DNA of 64,000 bases from Thermoanaerobaculia bacterium (lineage in GTDB: Bacteria; Acidobacteriota; Thermoanaerobaculia; UBA5066), in assembly GCA_038245905.1 (NCBI GenBank), contig JBBRRY010000001.1, positions 282,951 to 346,950 of the forward strand, read 5' to 3'. This document shows positions 1-13,598 of the stretch, one piece after another. Position 1 is the first letter of the stretch. Every line of letters starts with the position of its first letter. The position numbers and the translations under genes are program-made. The notes beneath the pieces are model-generated. The model made no database searches. It was not told the DNA's origin and saw only the letters and a program-made list of their open reading frames with translations.

Positions 1-220
1 TCGCGACCGACGCGAGGTCCGTGGTCCAGCGGATGTCCCCGAGGTCCGCGTCGCGCATCTCCTCGGCCCGGCGTGTCCCGATCGCTGCGATCTTCAGTCT
101 CACGGCGCGCCGGAGCGCGAGATCGGGCGCCTCGCGCACGAGGAGCTTCGCGAACGCACGTCCCACGGTCCCGAAACCGATCAGGCCGACGCGGACGATC
201 GAGGCAGGATCGCTCTTCAT
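1..220 (-). CDS. hom: Homoserine dehydrogenase, 5' part (runs off the left edge)
   Basis: Manual translation from ATG 220 gives MKSDPASIVRVGLIGFGTVGRAFAKLLVREAPDL...RLKIAAIGTR, a Rossmann GxGxVG start typical of HSDH. Not in the ORF track because it is truncated. Confidence 0.75.
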   Translation of the reverse strand, partial: MKSDPASIVRVGLIGFGTVGRAFAKLLVREAPDLALRRAVRLKIAAIGTRRAEEMRDADLGDIRWTTDLASVA

Positions 221-342
221 CGGCGCGCAATCTACGGTAAGCGCCCGTCCCGGTCAAAGACCAGAGCGAGCTGCGCGCAGCCCTGAAGGCTCCGGGAACC
301 GAATCTCCGCACACGGGTCCAAACGTGCGAAAGGAGATTCTC

Positions 343-1200
343 ATGCGCCACCAGGTTCTCACCGCCCTGCTCCTCGCCGCCGGGGCCGCAAACGCCGCCT
401 CTCCATCGGGTTTCGGTCTCGATGTTCTCGTGAACGGGAGCCCCCGCCCCGAATTCGCCGCGCGGGGCACCGTCTACGTGGAGGCGCTGAAGGGGCACGA
501 CTTCTCGCTGAGGGTCACGAACCCCCTCGGAGTCCGGGTGGCCGTCGCGCTCTCCGTGGACGGCCTCAACACGATCGACGCGAAGCACACGTCCGCGATT
601 GACGCCCGCAAGTGGGTCCTCGACCCGTACCAGACGGTCGTGATTCCCGGCTGGCAGGTCTCCGGCGAGACGAGCCGGAAGTTCTTCTTCACGGGCGAAA
701 AGGGCTCGTACGGTGCGAAGCTGGGCGAGACGTCGAATCTCGGGGCGATCGAGGCGGTGTTCTTTCGGGAGAGGCTCCCGTACAGGGCTCAGCGGCCGTG
801 GAGCGGGGGAAAAGAGGAAGACAAGATTTCTTCGAATGAAAGAGGAAAAGGCGCCGGACGACTCGACGAGCCTCGGGTCGAGGCGGCCGCCGGCGCGGCG
901 CAGCTTCCCGCCCCGAGCGAGAGCGTCGCCCGCGACCATTCAAAGAAATCCTCTTCTCCCCCCCCCTCTTCTCTCGCCGACGAGATGGCCGCCACCGGCA
1001 TCGGCAGCCGGACGCGCTTTGACGTCACGCGCGTCAACCTCGACCTCGAGGATTCGCCGGCCGCGTCCGTGCGCCTTCGTTACGAGTTCCGGCCGCAGCT
1101 CGTCGCGCTGGGCGTCCTGCCCAGCGACCCGGATCCCGCCCGGATCGCCCGCCGCGAGCGTGCCCGCGGCTTCGAGGACTTCTGCCCCGAACCCCGCTGA
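343..1200 (+). CDS. Exported conserved hypothetical protein
   Basis: SD AAGGAG at 331-336, ATG 343, signal peptide MRHQVLTALLLAAGAANA; conserved-looking core VALSVDGLN...IPGW...FFFT...NLGAIEAVFFRE. Confidence 0.8.
   Translation: MRHQVLTALLLAAGAANAASPSGFGLDVLVNGSPRPEFAARGTVYVEALKGHDFSLRVTNPLGVRVAVALSVDGLNTIDAKHTSAIDARKWVLDPYQTVVIPGWQVSGETSRKFFFTGEKGSYGAKLGETSNLGAIEAVFFRERLPYRAQRPWSGGKEEDKISSNERGKGAGRLDEPRVEAAAGAAQLPAPSESVARDHSKKSSSPPPSSLADEMAATGIGSRTRFDVTRVNLDLEDSPAASVRLRYEFRPQLVALGVLPSDPDPARIARRERARGFEDFCPEPR
824..951. repeat. Dispersed motif pair (reverse copy 824-838, forward copy 937-951)
   Basis: AGATTTCTTCGAATG in a purine tract and CATTCAAAGAAATCC followed by a pyrimidine tract, both inside CDS 343-1200. 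Confidence 0.7.
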
Positions 1201-1216
1201 GCCCCGAAACTCTCCC

Positions 1217-1266
1217 GGCTCTCCTTCGTATGCGTAAAGGATAGATTCCGCTTACGAAGGAGAGCC
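1217..1266 (+). promoter_or_regulatory. 18-bp stem-loop covering the SD of the M16 peptidase gene
   Basis: GGCTCTCCTTCGTATGCG (1217-1234) pairs with CGCTTACGAAGGAGAGCC (1249-1266), one mismatch, 14-nt loop. The right arm contains GAAGGAG just upstream of ATG 1272. Confidence 0.6.
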
Positions 1267-1271
1267 CTCGA

Positions 1272-4121
<2,850 letters not shown>

Positions 4122-4141
4122 CACTGGCCATCCCGGCCCGC

Positions 4142-4178
4142 TTGACGGTCTTGTGGGTATGACCTAGAGTCATACCCA
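4142..4178 (+). promoter_or_regulatory. Sigma70-type promoter and palindromic operator of the TA operon
   Basis: TTGACG 4142-4147, 17-bp spacer, TAGAGT 4165-4170. Perfect inverted repeat TGGGTATGAC (4154-4163) / GTCATACCCA (4169-4178) overlaps the -10 and the start codon. Confidence 0.8.
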
Positions 4179-4417
4179 TGAGGACCGCCAAGGTTGCCGT
4201 TTCCCTTCAGCAACGCACGCTGACGCGGGTTGACAGGCTCGTCCGGCGGGGCGTGTTCCCGAGCCGGAGCCGCCTCGTGCAGGACTCGGTCGAAGACAAG
4301 CTCCGCCGGATCGAGGGCGCGTCCCTCGCGCGCGAGTGCGCGAAGCTGGAGCGGCGCCTCGAGCGCGCTCTGGCCGAGGAAGGCCTCGAGCCGGTCGCCG
4401 AATGGCCGCCGTACTGA
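4178..4417 (+). CDS. Ribbon-helix-helix (CopG-like) antitoxin
   Basis: 79 aa, N-terminus KVAVSL...VDRLV...PSRSRLVQ fits the RHH pattern; overlaps the downstream toxin gene. Confidence 0.85.
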   Translation: MRTAKVAVSLQQRTLTRVDRLVRRGVFPSRSRLVQDSVEDKLRRIEGASLARECAKLERRLERALAEEGLEPVAEWPPY

Positions 4418-4740
4418 GGGGCGACATCGTGTGGGCGGACCTGAACCCGGTCCGCGGGAGCGGGCAGGCTGGAATCCGGCCGGTCCTCGTCCTGAGCGCC
4501 GACGTCTTCAACCGTCATTCCGGCACCGTCGTCGCGGCCACAATCACGAGCCAGGCGCCAAAGGCCGGCTTTCCTCTCACGCTGGCCCTCTCCGACCCGA
4601 AGCTTCCCAAGAAATCCTGGGTCAAGATCGGCCAGGTCCGGACGCTCTCGACGGAAAGGCTCGGAAAGCGCCTTGGGCGCGCGACGGCCGACGAATTGGA
4701 GCAGGTCCTCGAGGGCCTGAACGAGATTCTCGGCGGGTGA
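4402..4740 (+). CDS. mazF: PemK/MazF family endoribonuclease toxin
   Basis: RGDIVWADLNPVRGSGQAGIRPVLVLS...QVRTLSTERL signature; ATG 4402, 112 aa. Confidence 0.92.
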   Translation: MAAVLRGDIVWADLNPVRGSGQAGIRPVLVLSADVFNRHSGTVVAATITSQAPKAGFPLTLALSDPKLPKKSWVKIGQVRTLSTERLGKRLGRATADELEQVLEGLNEILGG

Positions 4741-4742
4741 GC

Positions 4743-5054
4743 ATGGCGATCGACAACATGTACCGCCGGCGGCGGCTCGGGCCGCCGCTCGGCGTGCGCA
4801 TGGCGTTGTCGGTCCCGCCGTCGGTGTTCTTCCCGGTGCTCGGGTTCCTCTACATGGCCTTCCTCGACCACCCGCGCCGCCCGCGCCCGGCGCTGCTCTA
4901 TGTCTTCGCGCCGCTGACGGCGCTCAGCGCCACGAAGGACATCGGCCTCGCGGCGATGCTCGTCGTCCTCGATATGCTGCTTTGGATGGCCGCGCTCAAC
5001 GCGCTCTTCACCTTGATCGTCTGGCTGTTTGAGAGACCTGATTCCAATACCTGA
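4743..5054 (+). CDS. Small hydrophobic membrane protein
   Basis: ATG 2 nt after the toxin stop; about three hydrophobic segments. Confidence 0.55.
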   Translation: MAIDNMYRRRRLGPPLGVRMALSVPPSVFFPVLGFLYMAFLDHPRRPRPALLYVFAPLTALSATKDIGLAAMLVVLDMLLWMAALNALFTLIVWLFERPDSNT

Positions 5055-5064
5055 AGGAGGATTC

Positions 5065-5379
5065 ATGTACGTCTGCCAGTGGCACCTCGACCTGAAGTAC
5101 GGAACCCAGGCGGAGGCGCTCAAGGCGATGAAAGCCTGGGGCGCAGAGAAGATGCGGTCGTCGGAGTTCAAGCGCGTGAAGTCGACGCGCCTCCTCGTCG
5201 GACACGTCGGGCCATCTGCCTCGCACGTCGTGGACGAGTACGTCTTCGAGAACCTCGCCGATTTCGAGACCGCCCTCGCCGGGATGCCGCAGCCCCAGTT
5301 CAAGCCCCTCTCCGACGCCCTCGCTCCCTTCGTCGTCTCCGGCTCGCAGCACTGGGAGATCCTGCGAATCGTCGGATGA
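5065..5379 (+). CDS. Small hypothetical protein, probable dimeric alpha/beta-barrel (NIPSNAP/Dabb-like)
   Basis: Strong SD AAGGAGG 5054-5060, ATG 5065; pattern VVDEYVFENLADFE...FVVSGSQHWEILR. Confidence 0.7.
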   Translation: MYVCQWHLDLKYGTQAEALKAMKAWGAEKMRSSEFKRVKSTRLLVGHVGPSASHVVDEYVFENLADFETALAGMPQPQFKPLSDALAPFVVSGSQHWEILRIVG

Positions 5380-5431
5380 GCCTTGCCCCGGCTCCCGCCG
5401 TGGCCCATATTCGGATTGAGGCGGAGGTCCC

Positions 5432-6517
5432 GTGAACGCACCGAACGCCTTTCACCCCACGACCCACTGGCATTCCGTCGCAGACGACCGGATCCAGTGT
5501 GACGTCTGCCCGCGGGAGTGCCGCCTCAAGGAAGGCCAGGACGGCCACTGCTTCGTGCGGGCCGCGCGGGGAGGAGCGATCGTTCTGACGACTTACGGGC
5601 GCAGCAGCGGCTTCTGCGTCGACCCGATCGAAAAAAAGCCGCTGAACCACTTCCTCCCGGGCACGTCCGTCCTCTCATTCGGCACCGCCGGCTGCAACCT
5701 CGCCTGTCGTTTCTGCCAGAACTACGACATTTCGAAATCCCGCGAGACGGACACACTCGCTGACTCGGCCTCCCCCGAACGCATCGCGCGCGCGGCCGTC
5801 GAGCACGGCTGCCGGAGCGTCGCCTTCACGTACAACGACCCGGTCGTCTTCATGGAGTACGCGATCGACGTGGCTGCCGCTTGCCGCGACGGTGGCGTCA
5901 AGACGGTGGCCGTGACAGCGGGCTACATCTCGCCGAAGGCCCGCGCGGAGCTCTTCGCGGTGATGGACGCCGCAAACGTCGACCTCAAGGCGTTCACGGA
6001 GGACTTCTACGCAAAGACGTGCGGCGCGCACCTCGCGCCCGTCCTCGACACGCTCGAGTATCTCGTGAAGGAGACGAAGGTCTGGGTCGAGATCACGACT
6101 CTCCTCATCCCCGGTCTGAACGACTCCAACGCCGAGATCGACGCGATGACGCGCTGGATTGGGGAGTGCCTCGGTCCGGACGTTCCGCTCCACTTCACGG
6201 CGTACCACCCCGACTGGAAGATGCGCGACCGGGAGGCCACGCCGACGGCGACGCTGCGGCGGGCGCGCGGGATCGCACAGAGGAACGGCCTGAATTACGT
6301 CTACACCGGCAACGTCCACGACCCCGACGGCCAGAGCACGGTCTGCCACGAATGCGGCACGACGCTCATCGAAAGGGACGGATACGAAATCGGCGCGTGG
6401 CGGATTCGCTCCGGCGGTTTCTGCACGATGTGCGGGAGCCAGTGTCCGGGACTGTTCGAGGAAATCCCCGGTACCTGGGGCGCTCGGCGCCTTGCCGTCC
6501 ATCTGGCGGCGTCGTGA
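5432..6517 (+). CDS. amrS: AmmeMemoRadiSam system radical SAM enzyme
   Basis: CDVCPREC N-terminal cluster, DPIEKKPLNHF, CNLACRFC SAM motif, C-terminal CHEC/CTMC. Confidence 0.93.
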   Translation: MNAPNAFHPTTHWHSVADDRIQCDVCPRECRLKEGQDGHCFVRAARGGAIVLTTYGRSSGFCVDPIEKKPLNHFLPGTSVLSFGTAGCNLACRFCQNYDISKSRETDTLADSASPERIARAAVEHGCRSVAFTYNDPVVFMEYAIDVAAACRDGGVKTVAVTAGYISPKARAELFAVMDAANVDLKAFTEDFYAKTCGAHLAPVLDTLEYLVKETKVWVEITTLLIPGLNDSNAEIDAMTRWIGECLGPDVPLHFTAYHPDWKMRDREATPTATLRRARGIAQRNGLNYVYTGNVHDPDGQSTVCHECGTTLIERDGYEIGAWRIRSGGFCTMCGSQCPGLFEEIPGTWGARRLAVHLAAS

Positions 6518-7329
6518 CGGCGAGACGCGTACGCCCGCCTGCCGTCGCCGGGACGTTCTACCCCGGCCGCCCCAGTGATCTCGCCCGAACCGTCGACGAC
6601 CTGCTCGCCGAAGCCGGTCATCCGCCGGACGGGCCTCCGCCCGTCGCGCTCGTGGTCCCGCACGCCGGCTTCGTCTACTCGGGGCCTGTCGCCGCGAGCG
6701 CGTACGCGCGCTTGAAGACTCACGCGGCCTCGATCGCCCGCGTCGTCGCGTTCGGTCCGGTGCACCGCGTGCCGGTGCGCGGCGCGGCCGTTCCGGCTGC
6801 CGATGCGTGGGCAACACCCCTCGGCGAGGTGCCGATCGACGCCGGCCTGCGCGCACGGGCGGTCGCGCGCGGCGCCGTCGTGGACGACAGGCCTCACGCT
6901 CCCGAGCACGCGCTGGAGGTGCAGCTCCCCTTCCTCCAGCGCATCCTCGACGAAGGGTTCACGTTCCTTCCTGTCGCGGTCTCGGAGCTGTCCGCGCGGG
7001 CCGCGGCCGACCTCGTCGACGAATTTCTCGGCGAGACAGGCACGCTCGTCCTCGTGAGCACGGACCTGAGCCATTACCACGACCTCGTCACGGCGCGCCG
7101 CCGCGACAGGTGCACGGCGGACTCGATCCTCGCGCGCGAGCCCGAAAAGCTCTCCGGCGAAGACGCGTGCGGTTTCTATCCGCTGAGGGGCCTCATGGAG
7201 CTGGCAAGGCGAAAAGGCCTCCCGGTGACTCTCCTCGACCTGAGGACCTCAGGCGACACCGCCGGGGACCCGGAAAGTGTCGTCGGCTATGGGGCGTTCG
7301 CAATTCCTAGTCTCATTAACCCATTCTAA
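6514..7329 (+). CDS. amrB: AmmeMemoRadiSam protein B (MEMO1 family)
   Basis: GTG 6514 overlaps the amrS stop; [43 protein letters not shown]...VVGYG. Confidence 0.92.
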   Translation: MTARRVRPPAVAGTFYPGRPSDLARTVDDLLAEAGHPPDGPPPVALVVPHAGFVYSGPVAASAYARLKTHAASIARVVAFGPVHRVPVRGAAVPAADAWATPLGEVPIDAGLRARAVARGAVVDDRPHAPEHALEVQLPFLQRILDEGFTFLPVAVSELSARAAADLVDEFLGETGTLVLVSTDLSHYHDLVTARRRDRCTADSILAREPEKLSGEDACGFYPLRGLMELARRKGLPVTLLDLRTSGDTAGDPESVVGYGAFAIPSLINPF

Positions 7330-7347
7330 GTAAATCTGTTACCTCTC

Positions 7348-7394
7348 TTGACTGTATCGGTCCTATTTTATATCGTACCAATTCGGTTCGATAT
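7348..7394 (+). promoter_or_regulatory. suf operon promoter with putative Rrf2 operator
   Basis: TTGACT 7348-7353, 17-bp spacer, TATCGT 7371-7376. Inverted repeat ATATCGTACC-N5-GGTTCGATAT (7370-7394, one mismatch) lies over the -10/+1. Confidence 0.75.
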
Positions 7395-7425
7395 CGATCA
7401 CTGTACTCGAACCCGGGAGACCGCG

Positions 7426-7911
7426 ATGTTCCGAATGACGAAGATGACCGACTACGGGATCGTGCTTCTGACGCACTACGCGGCGCACGACGACCAGGTG
7501 GCGCACACGGCGCGCGAGCTGGCGCTCGAGACGCGGCTCCCCCTCCCCACCGTGGGCAAGCTCCTGAAACAGCTTTCCCGCGGCGGGCTTCTCGCCTCGC
7601 AGCGCGGCACGAAGGGCGGCTACGTCCTCTCGCGGCCACCGCGGGAGATCACGATTTCCGCGATCATCGCGACGCTCGAGGGCCCGGTCGCGATCACCGA
7701 GTGCAATACGGCAGAGAGCCACAGCCGGTGCGAGCACGAGAGCTTCTGCTCGGTGCGCCCCAACTGGCAGATCATCAACGACACGATCCGCGGCGCCCTC
7801 GAGGGCCTGACTCTCGCGGACATGACCCGTCCGCTCGCGCCCCGGTCCCGGCCGCCTGCGTTCTCTTCCGGCCTTCCCGTGCGCGCGCCGGAAGGAAGGA
7901 GCGCGCTGTGA
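7426..7911 (+). CDS. Rrf2 family SUF system transcriptional regulator
   Basis: [11 protein letters not shown], w[16 protein letters not shown], three Cys (EC...C...C); first gene of the suf operon. Confidence 0.92.
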   Translation: MFRMTKMTDYGIVLLTHYAAHDDQVAHTARELALETRLPLPTVGKLLKQLSRGGLLASQRGTKGGYVLSRPPREITISAIIATLEGPVAITECNTAESHSRCEHESFCSVRPNWQIINDTIRGALEGLTLADMTRPLAPRSRPPAFSSGLPVRAPEGRSAL

Positions 7912-9349
7912 GCGACGCCGTCCTCGACGCCCTCACCCAGCAGGAATACCAGCACGGCTTCGTCACGGACATCGACACCGAGAGCATCCCGGCCGGCCTC
8001 TCCGAAGACGTCGTGCGCCTCATCTCGAAGAAGAAGGGTGAGCCCGAGTGGCTGCTCGAATGGAGGCTCAAGGCCTACCGGCATTGGCTCACGATGACCG
8101 AGCCGACGTGGGCGCGTGTCACCTACCCCGCGATCGACTACCAGAAGATCGTCTATTACGCCGCACCGAAGTCCGCGAAGGACGGGGCGCCGAAAAGCCT
8201 CGCCGACGTGGATCCCGAGCTGATCGCCATGTACGAGAAGCTCGGCGTGCCGCTGAAAGAGCGGGAGATTCTCGCCGGGGTCGCCGTGGACGCCGTCATC
8301 GACAGCGTGTCGGTGGCGACCACCTTCAAGGACAAGCTTGCGTCCCTCGGCATCATCTTCTGTTCCTTCTCCGAGGCCGTGCGCGAGCATCCCGACCTCG
8401 TGAAGAAGTACCTCGGCAGCGTCGTGCCGTCGAGCGACAACTTCTTCGCGGCGCTGAATTCGGCGGTTTTCTCGGACGGCTCGTTCTGCTTCATTCCGAA
8501 GGGCGTGCGCTGCCCGATGGAGCTGTCGACGTACTTCCGCATCAACCAGGCCGACACGGGCCAGTTCGAGAGAACGCTCATCGTCGCGGAGACGGGCGCG
8601 GTTGTGTCGTATCTGGAAGGATGTACGGCTCCGAAGCGGGACGTGAACCAGCTCCACGCCGCGGTCGTCGAGCTCGTCGCGCTGGACGACGCCCAGATCA
8701 AGTACTCGACCGTCCAGAACTGGTATCCGGGCGACAAGAACGGAAAGGGCGGCATCTACAACTTCGTGACGAAGCGCGGCAAGTGCGCCGGAAGGAACTC
8801 GCGCATCTCCTGGACGCAAGTCGAGACCGGCTCGGCCATCACGTGGAAGTACCCGAGCTGCATCCTCCTCGGCGACGGCTCGGTCGGCGAGTTCTATTCC
8901 GTGGCGCTTGCGAACAACTACCAGCAGGCCGACACGGGCACGAAGATGATCCACATCGGGAAAAACACACGCTCGACGATCGTGTCCAAGGGCATCTCCG
9001 CGGGGCACGGGCAGAACACGTACCGCGGCGCCGTGACGATCATGAAAAATGCCGAGGGCGCGCGGAACTATTCCCAATGCGACTCGCTCCTCATCGGCGA
9101 CCAGTGTGGCGCCCACACCTTTCCTTACATCGAGGTCAAAAACAGCTCGGCCACGCTCGAGCACGAGGCGTCCACGTCGAAAATCGGCGAGGATCAGCTC
9201 TTCTACTGCCGCCAGCGCGGCCTCTCGGCGGAGGACGCCGTGTCGCTCATCGTCAACGGATTCGCCAAGCGCGTCCTCAAGGAGCTCCCCATGGAGTTCG
9301 CCGTCGAGGCGCAGAAGCTGCTCGGCGTGTCACTCGAAGGATCAGTCGG

Positions 9350-9353
<4 letters not shown>
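7908..9353 (+). CDS. sufB: Fe-S assembly protein SufB
   Basis: GTG 7908; [54 protein letters not shown]. Confidence 0.97.
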
Positions 9354-10143
<790 letters not shown>

Positions 10144-10147
<4 letters not shown>

Positions 10148-11526
10148 CGCGTCCCGCTCCGTCGACGGCCCTTCGTGAGGGGATTCCCACGCTCGCCGCG
10201 AGCGCCAGGGAACTCGCGGCGCGGCGGCCGAGCCCGCCCTGGCTGCAGAAGCTGCGGACGTCCGCCCTCGCCGAGTTCGAGGCGCTCGGCTTCCCGTCGA
10301 CGAACGACGAGGACTGGCGCTTCACGAACCTGGCACCCCTGGCCCGGACCGCCTTCGCGCTTTCTCACGACGACGTCTCCCTCGCCGAGCGGACCGCGGC
10401 GCTCGAATTGGAAGCGCGGCTTGGACCGTTGGGACTCTCGTCGCCGGAGCCCCGGATCGTGTTCGTGAACGGGCGTCTTCTGAGGCGATCTCCGGGCAAT
10501 CTCACCGCCGCGATTCTCTTCGAGTGTATGAAGGACGTTCTCGCGAGATCGCCGGAGCTTGTCGAACGCGCCCTCGTTGCGCACGCGGCCGAGAGAGACT
10601 CTTCGAAGGACTTCTTTGGCGCTCTCTCTGATGCTTTTCTCGACAACGGCGCGGTCCTGCACGTGCCGGCCGGCGCCCATCTCGAAGAACCTCTCTTCAT
10701 CCTCCATGTCGCAACGCCGCCGGGCTCCTCGGAAGCGCCCCGAATGGTGCATTCACGCAGTCTCTTCACATTCGAAGAAAACTCTTCCGCAACCGTGATC
10801 GAGGCGTATCTGGGATCGAGCGGCTCGAGCTTCACGAACAGCCGCACCGACGTCACGCTCGCGAGGGGCGCCCGCCTCCAACACGTCACGCTTCAGCTGG
10901 AGGGCCCCGACGCGTTTCACGTCGGCCGGCTCGCCGTGACGCAGGCAGCGGCCTCCCACTCCACGTCTCATGTCTTCTCGTTCGGGGGAAAGCTCGCCCG
11001 GAACGAAGTCGCCATCACCCTCTCGGGCGAGGGCGCCTTTGGGGAGCTGAACGGCCTGTTCTGCGCCGCCTCTTCCCAGCACGTCGACTGCCATACGCTC
11101 ATCGACCACGCCCTGCCCCGCGCCTCGAGCGTCGAGCTGTACAAGGGCGTCCTCGACGGCACGGGCCGCGGCGTCTTCGACGGCAAGATCCTCGTGCGCG
11201 CCGGCGCCGCCCGCACGGACGCGCGCCAGACGAATCGCAACCTCGTCCTCTCCGACAGCGCCCTCGTCGACAGCAAGCCCCAGCTCGAGATCCACAACAA
11301 CGACGTCCGCTGCACGCACGGCTCGACGACCGGGCGCCTCGACGCCGACGCCGTGTTCTACCTGCGCTCGCGCGGCCTCTCGCCCGAGGCGGCTCGGGCG
11401 CTCCTCACATACGCGTTCGGCAGCGAGCTGATCGAGAAAGTGCCGTCCGCCGACGTGCGGGCTTTTCTCGAAAACCATCTGCGCGCCTGGCTGCCCGCGA
11501 ACCTCGCCGCTCCGGAGGCCCGATGA
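10144..11526 (+). CDS. sufD: Fe-S assembly protein SufD
   Basis: [39 protein letters not shown]. Confidence 0.95.
10596..10783. repeat. Dispersed motif pair inside sufD (reverse 10596-10609, forward 10769-10783)
   Basis: AGACTCTTCGAAGG and CATTCGAAGAAAACT, degenerate copies; the DNA between them is visibly richer in A/T-ending codons. Confidence 0.5.
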
Positions 11527-12788
11527 GCGCCATCCCGCGACTTTCCCCTGAAATCAGCGCCCCTGCCGGCGCTTACGACGTGAAAGGCCTCCGCGCCCAG
11601 TTCCCGATCCTCTCGCGCACGGTCCATGGCAAGCCGCTTGTGTACCTCGACAACGCGAATACCACCCAGAAGCCGCGCGTCGTCATCGACGCGGACCGCC
11701 TCTACTACGAGGAATTGAACGCGAACATCCACCGCGGCACGCACTGGCTCTCCGAGAAGGCTACCGAGGCCTACGAGGGCGCGCGCGCGAAGGTGGCGCG
11801 CTTCCTCGGAGCCGCCTCGCCGAAGGAAATCGTCTTCACGCGCGGCACGACGGAGGCGATCAATCTCGTCGCCTCGAGCTTTTCGCAGGCATTCCTGAAG
11901 GCGGGCGACGAGATTCTCATCACGGGCCTCGAGCACCACTCGAATATCGTTCCCTGGCAGCTCGCCTGCGAGCGAACGGGCGCGAAGCTCGTCGTCGTCC
12001 CGATCACGGACGACGGTGAAGTGCCCGTCGACGAGTTCGCGAAGCGGTTGACTCCGCGGACGAAGCTCGCGGCCGTGTCGCACGTGTCGAACGCGCTCGG
12101 GACGATCAACGCCGTGCGGGATTTCGTGCGCCTGGCGCACGAGAGGGACGTGCCCGTCCTCGTGGACGGCGCGCAGGCGGCTCCGCACCTGCCGATCGAC
12201 GTGAAGGATCTCGGCTGCGATTTCTACGCCGTGTCGGCGCACAAGATGTACGGCCCCACGGGCATCGGCGCGCTCTACGGCCGCGAGGAATGGCTCGAGA
12301 AGCTGCCCCCGTATCAGGGCGGTGGCGACATGATCTCGTCCGTCACGTTCGAGAAGACGACGTACAACGAGCTCCCGTGGAAATTCGAGGCGGGCACCGC
12401 GAACATCGCGGGCGGCATCGTCTTCGGTGTGGCGGTCGACTGGCTGTCCGGTGTCGGCCTCCCGGCCGTGGCCGCGCACGAGCACGAGCTGCTCGTACAT
12501 GGCACCGCGAGACTTTCCGCGATCCCGGGCCTGACAATCGTGGGACGGGCCCGGGAGAAGGCGGGCGTGATTTCCTTCACGCTCGAAAACGTCCACCCGC
12601 ACGACATCGGCACGATCCTCGACCGCGAAGGAATCGCCATCCGCACGGGTCAGCACTGCGCACAGCCGGTCATGGATCGCTTCGGCATTCCGGCGACGGC
12701 CCGCGCGTCCTTCGGGCTCTACAACACGCGCGGTGAGGTCGATGCGCTCGCGGCCGGCCTCGGGAAGGTCTCGGAGATGTTCTCGTGA
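11523..12788 (+). CDS. sufS: Cysteine desulfurase SufS
   Basis: YLDNANTTQKP, EHHSNIVPWQ, SAHKMYGPTG (PLP Lys), RTGQHCAQP. Confidence 0.96.
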   Translation: MSAIPRLSPEISAPAGAYDVKGLRAQFPILSRTVHGKPLVYLDNANTTQKPRVVIDADRLYYEELNANIHRGTHWLSEKATEAYEGARAKVARFLGAASPKEIVFTRGTTEAINLVASSFSQAFLKAGDEILITGLEHHSNIVPWQLACERTGAKLVVVPITDDGEVPVDEFAKRLTPRTKLAAVSHVSNALGTINAVRDFVRLAHERDVPVLVDGAQAAPHLPIDVKDLGCDFYAVSAHKMYGPTGIGALYGREEWLEKLPPYQGGGDMISSVTFEKTTYNELPWKFEAGTANIAGGIVFGVAVDWLSGVGLPAVAAHEHELLVHGTARLSAIPGLTIVGRAREKAGVISFTLENVHPHDIGTILDREGIAIRTGQHCAQPVMDRFGIPATARASFGLYNTRGEVDALAAGLGKVSEMFS

Positions 12789-13237
12789 CGGAGCTTCGCG
12801 ACCTCTATCAGGAGGTCATCCTGGATCACAACAAGTCGCCCCACAACTACCGGGAGATGCCGGACGCGTCCCGTATCGCGCTCGGACACAACCCGCTCTG
12901 CGGCGACAAGCTGAAGCTCTACGTGAGGATCGAGGACGACCGGGTCCTCGACGTCGCGTTTCAAGGCTCGGGCTGCGCCATCTCCAAGGCGTCGGCCTCG
13001 ATCATGACGGACGCAGTCAAGGGAAAGACGCTCGCCGAAGCCGAGACACTCTACGGGCAATTTCGCGAGCTCCTCACCGGGCCGCCGGACGTCAAGGCGG
13101 ACGGCGCCGGGCTCGGCAAGCTCGCTGTGTTCTCCGGTGTCCGTGAATTCCCCGCCCGAGTGAAGTGCGCGACACTCGCGTGGCACACGCTCGAAACCGC
13201 ATTGAAGGGCGCACCGGAAGTCGCGAAAACGGAATAG
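12785..13237 (+). CDS. sufU: SUF NifU-like protein SufU
   Basis: LYQEVILDH, NPLCGD, GCAISKASAS, RVKCATLAWH. Confidence 0.95.
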   Translation: MTELRDLYQEVILDHNKSPHNYREMPDASRIALGHNPLCGDKLKLYVRIEDDRVLDVAFQGSGCAISKASASIMTDAVKGKTLAEAETLYGQFRELLTGPPDVKADGAGLGKLAVFSGVREFPARVKCATLAWHTLETALKGAPEVAKTE

Positions 13238-13247
13238 AGAGAGACAG

Positions 13248-13598
13248 ATGGCTGAAGAGAAGATTTTCTTAGAGGGTAATAAGGGCGAGAGCGCATCCCC
13301 TCTCGAGCAAAAGGTCATCGACGAAGCGCTGAAGAAGTGCTTCGACCCAGAGATCCCGGTCAACATCTGGGAGCTGGGGTTGATCTATTCGGTTGCCGTG
13401 TCGCCCGAAGGCGCCGCCGACGTGAAGATGACGCTGACGGCGCCCGCGTGCCCCGTCGCGGGATCCCTTCCCGGCGAGGTCGAGACGAAGATCAAGGCCG
13501 TTCCGGGCATCACGGACGCGAAGGTAGAGCTCGTCTGGGACCCGCCCTGGACGGCCGGAATGATGTCCCGCGTGGCGCGCGTCATGCTCGGGATGTAG
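13248..13598 (+). CDS. sufT: DUF59/SufT Fe-S assembly protein
   Basis: DPEIPVNIWELGLIY, MTLTAPACP, VWDPPW. Confidence 0.9.
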   Translation: MAEEKIFLEGNKGESASPLEQKVIDEALKKCFDPEIPVNIWELGLIYSVAVSPEGAADVKMTLTAPACPVAGSLPGEVETKIKAVPGITDAKVELVWDPPWTAGMMSRVARVMLGM

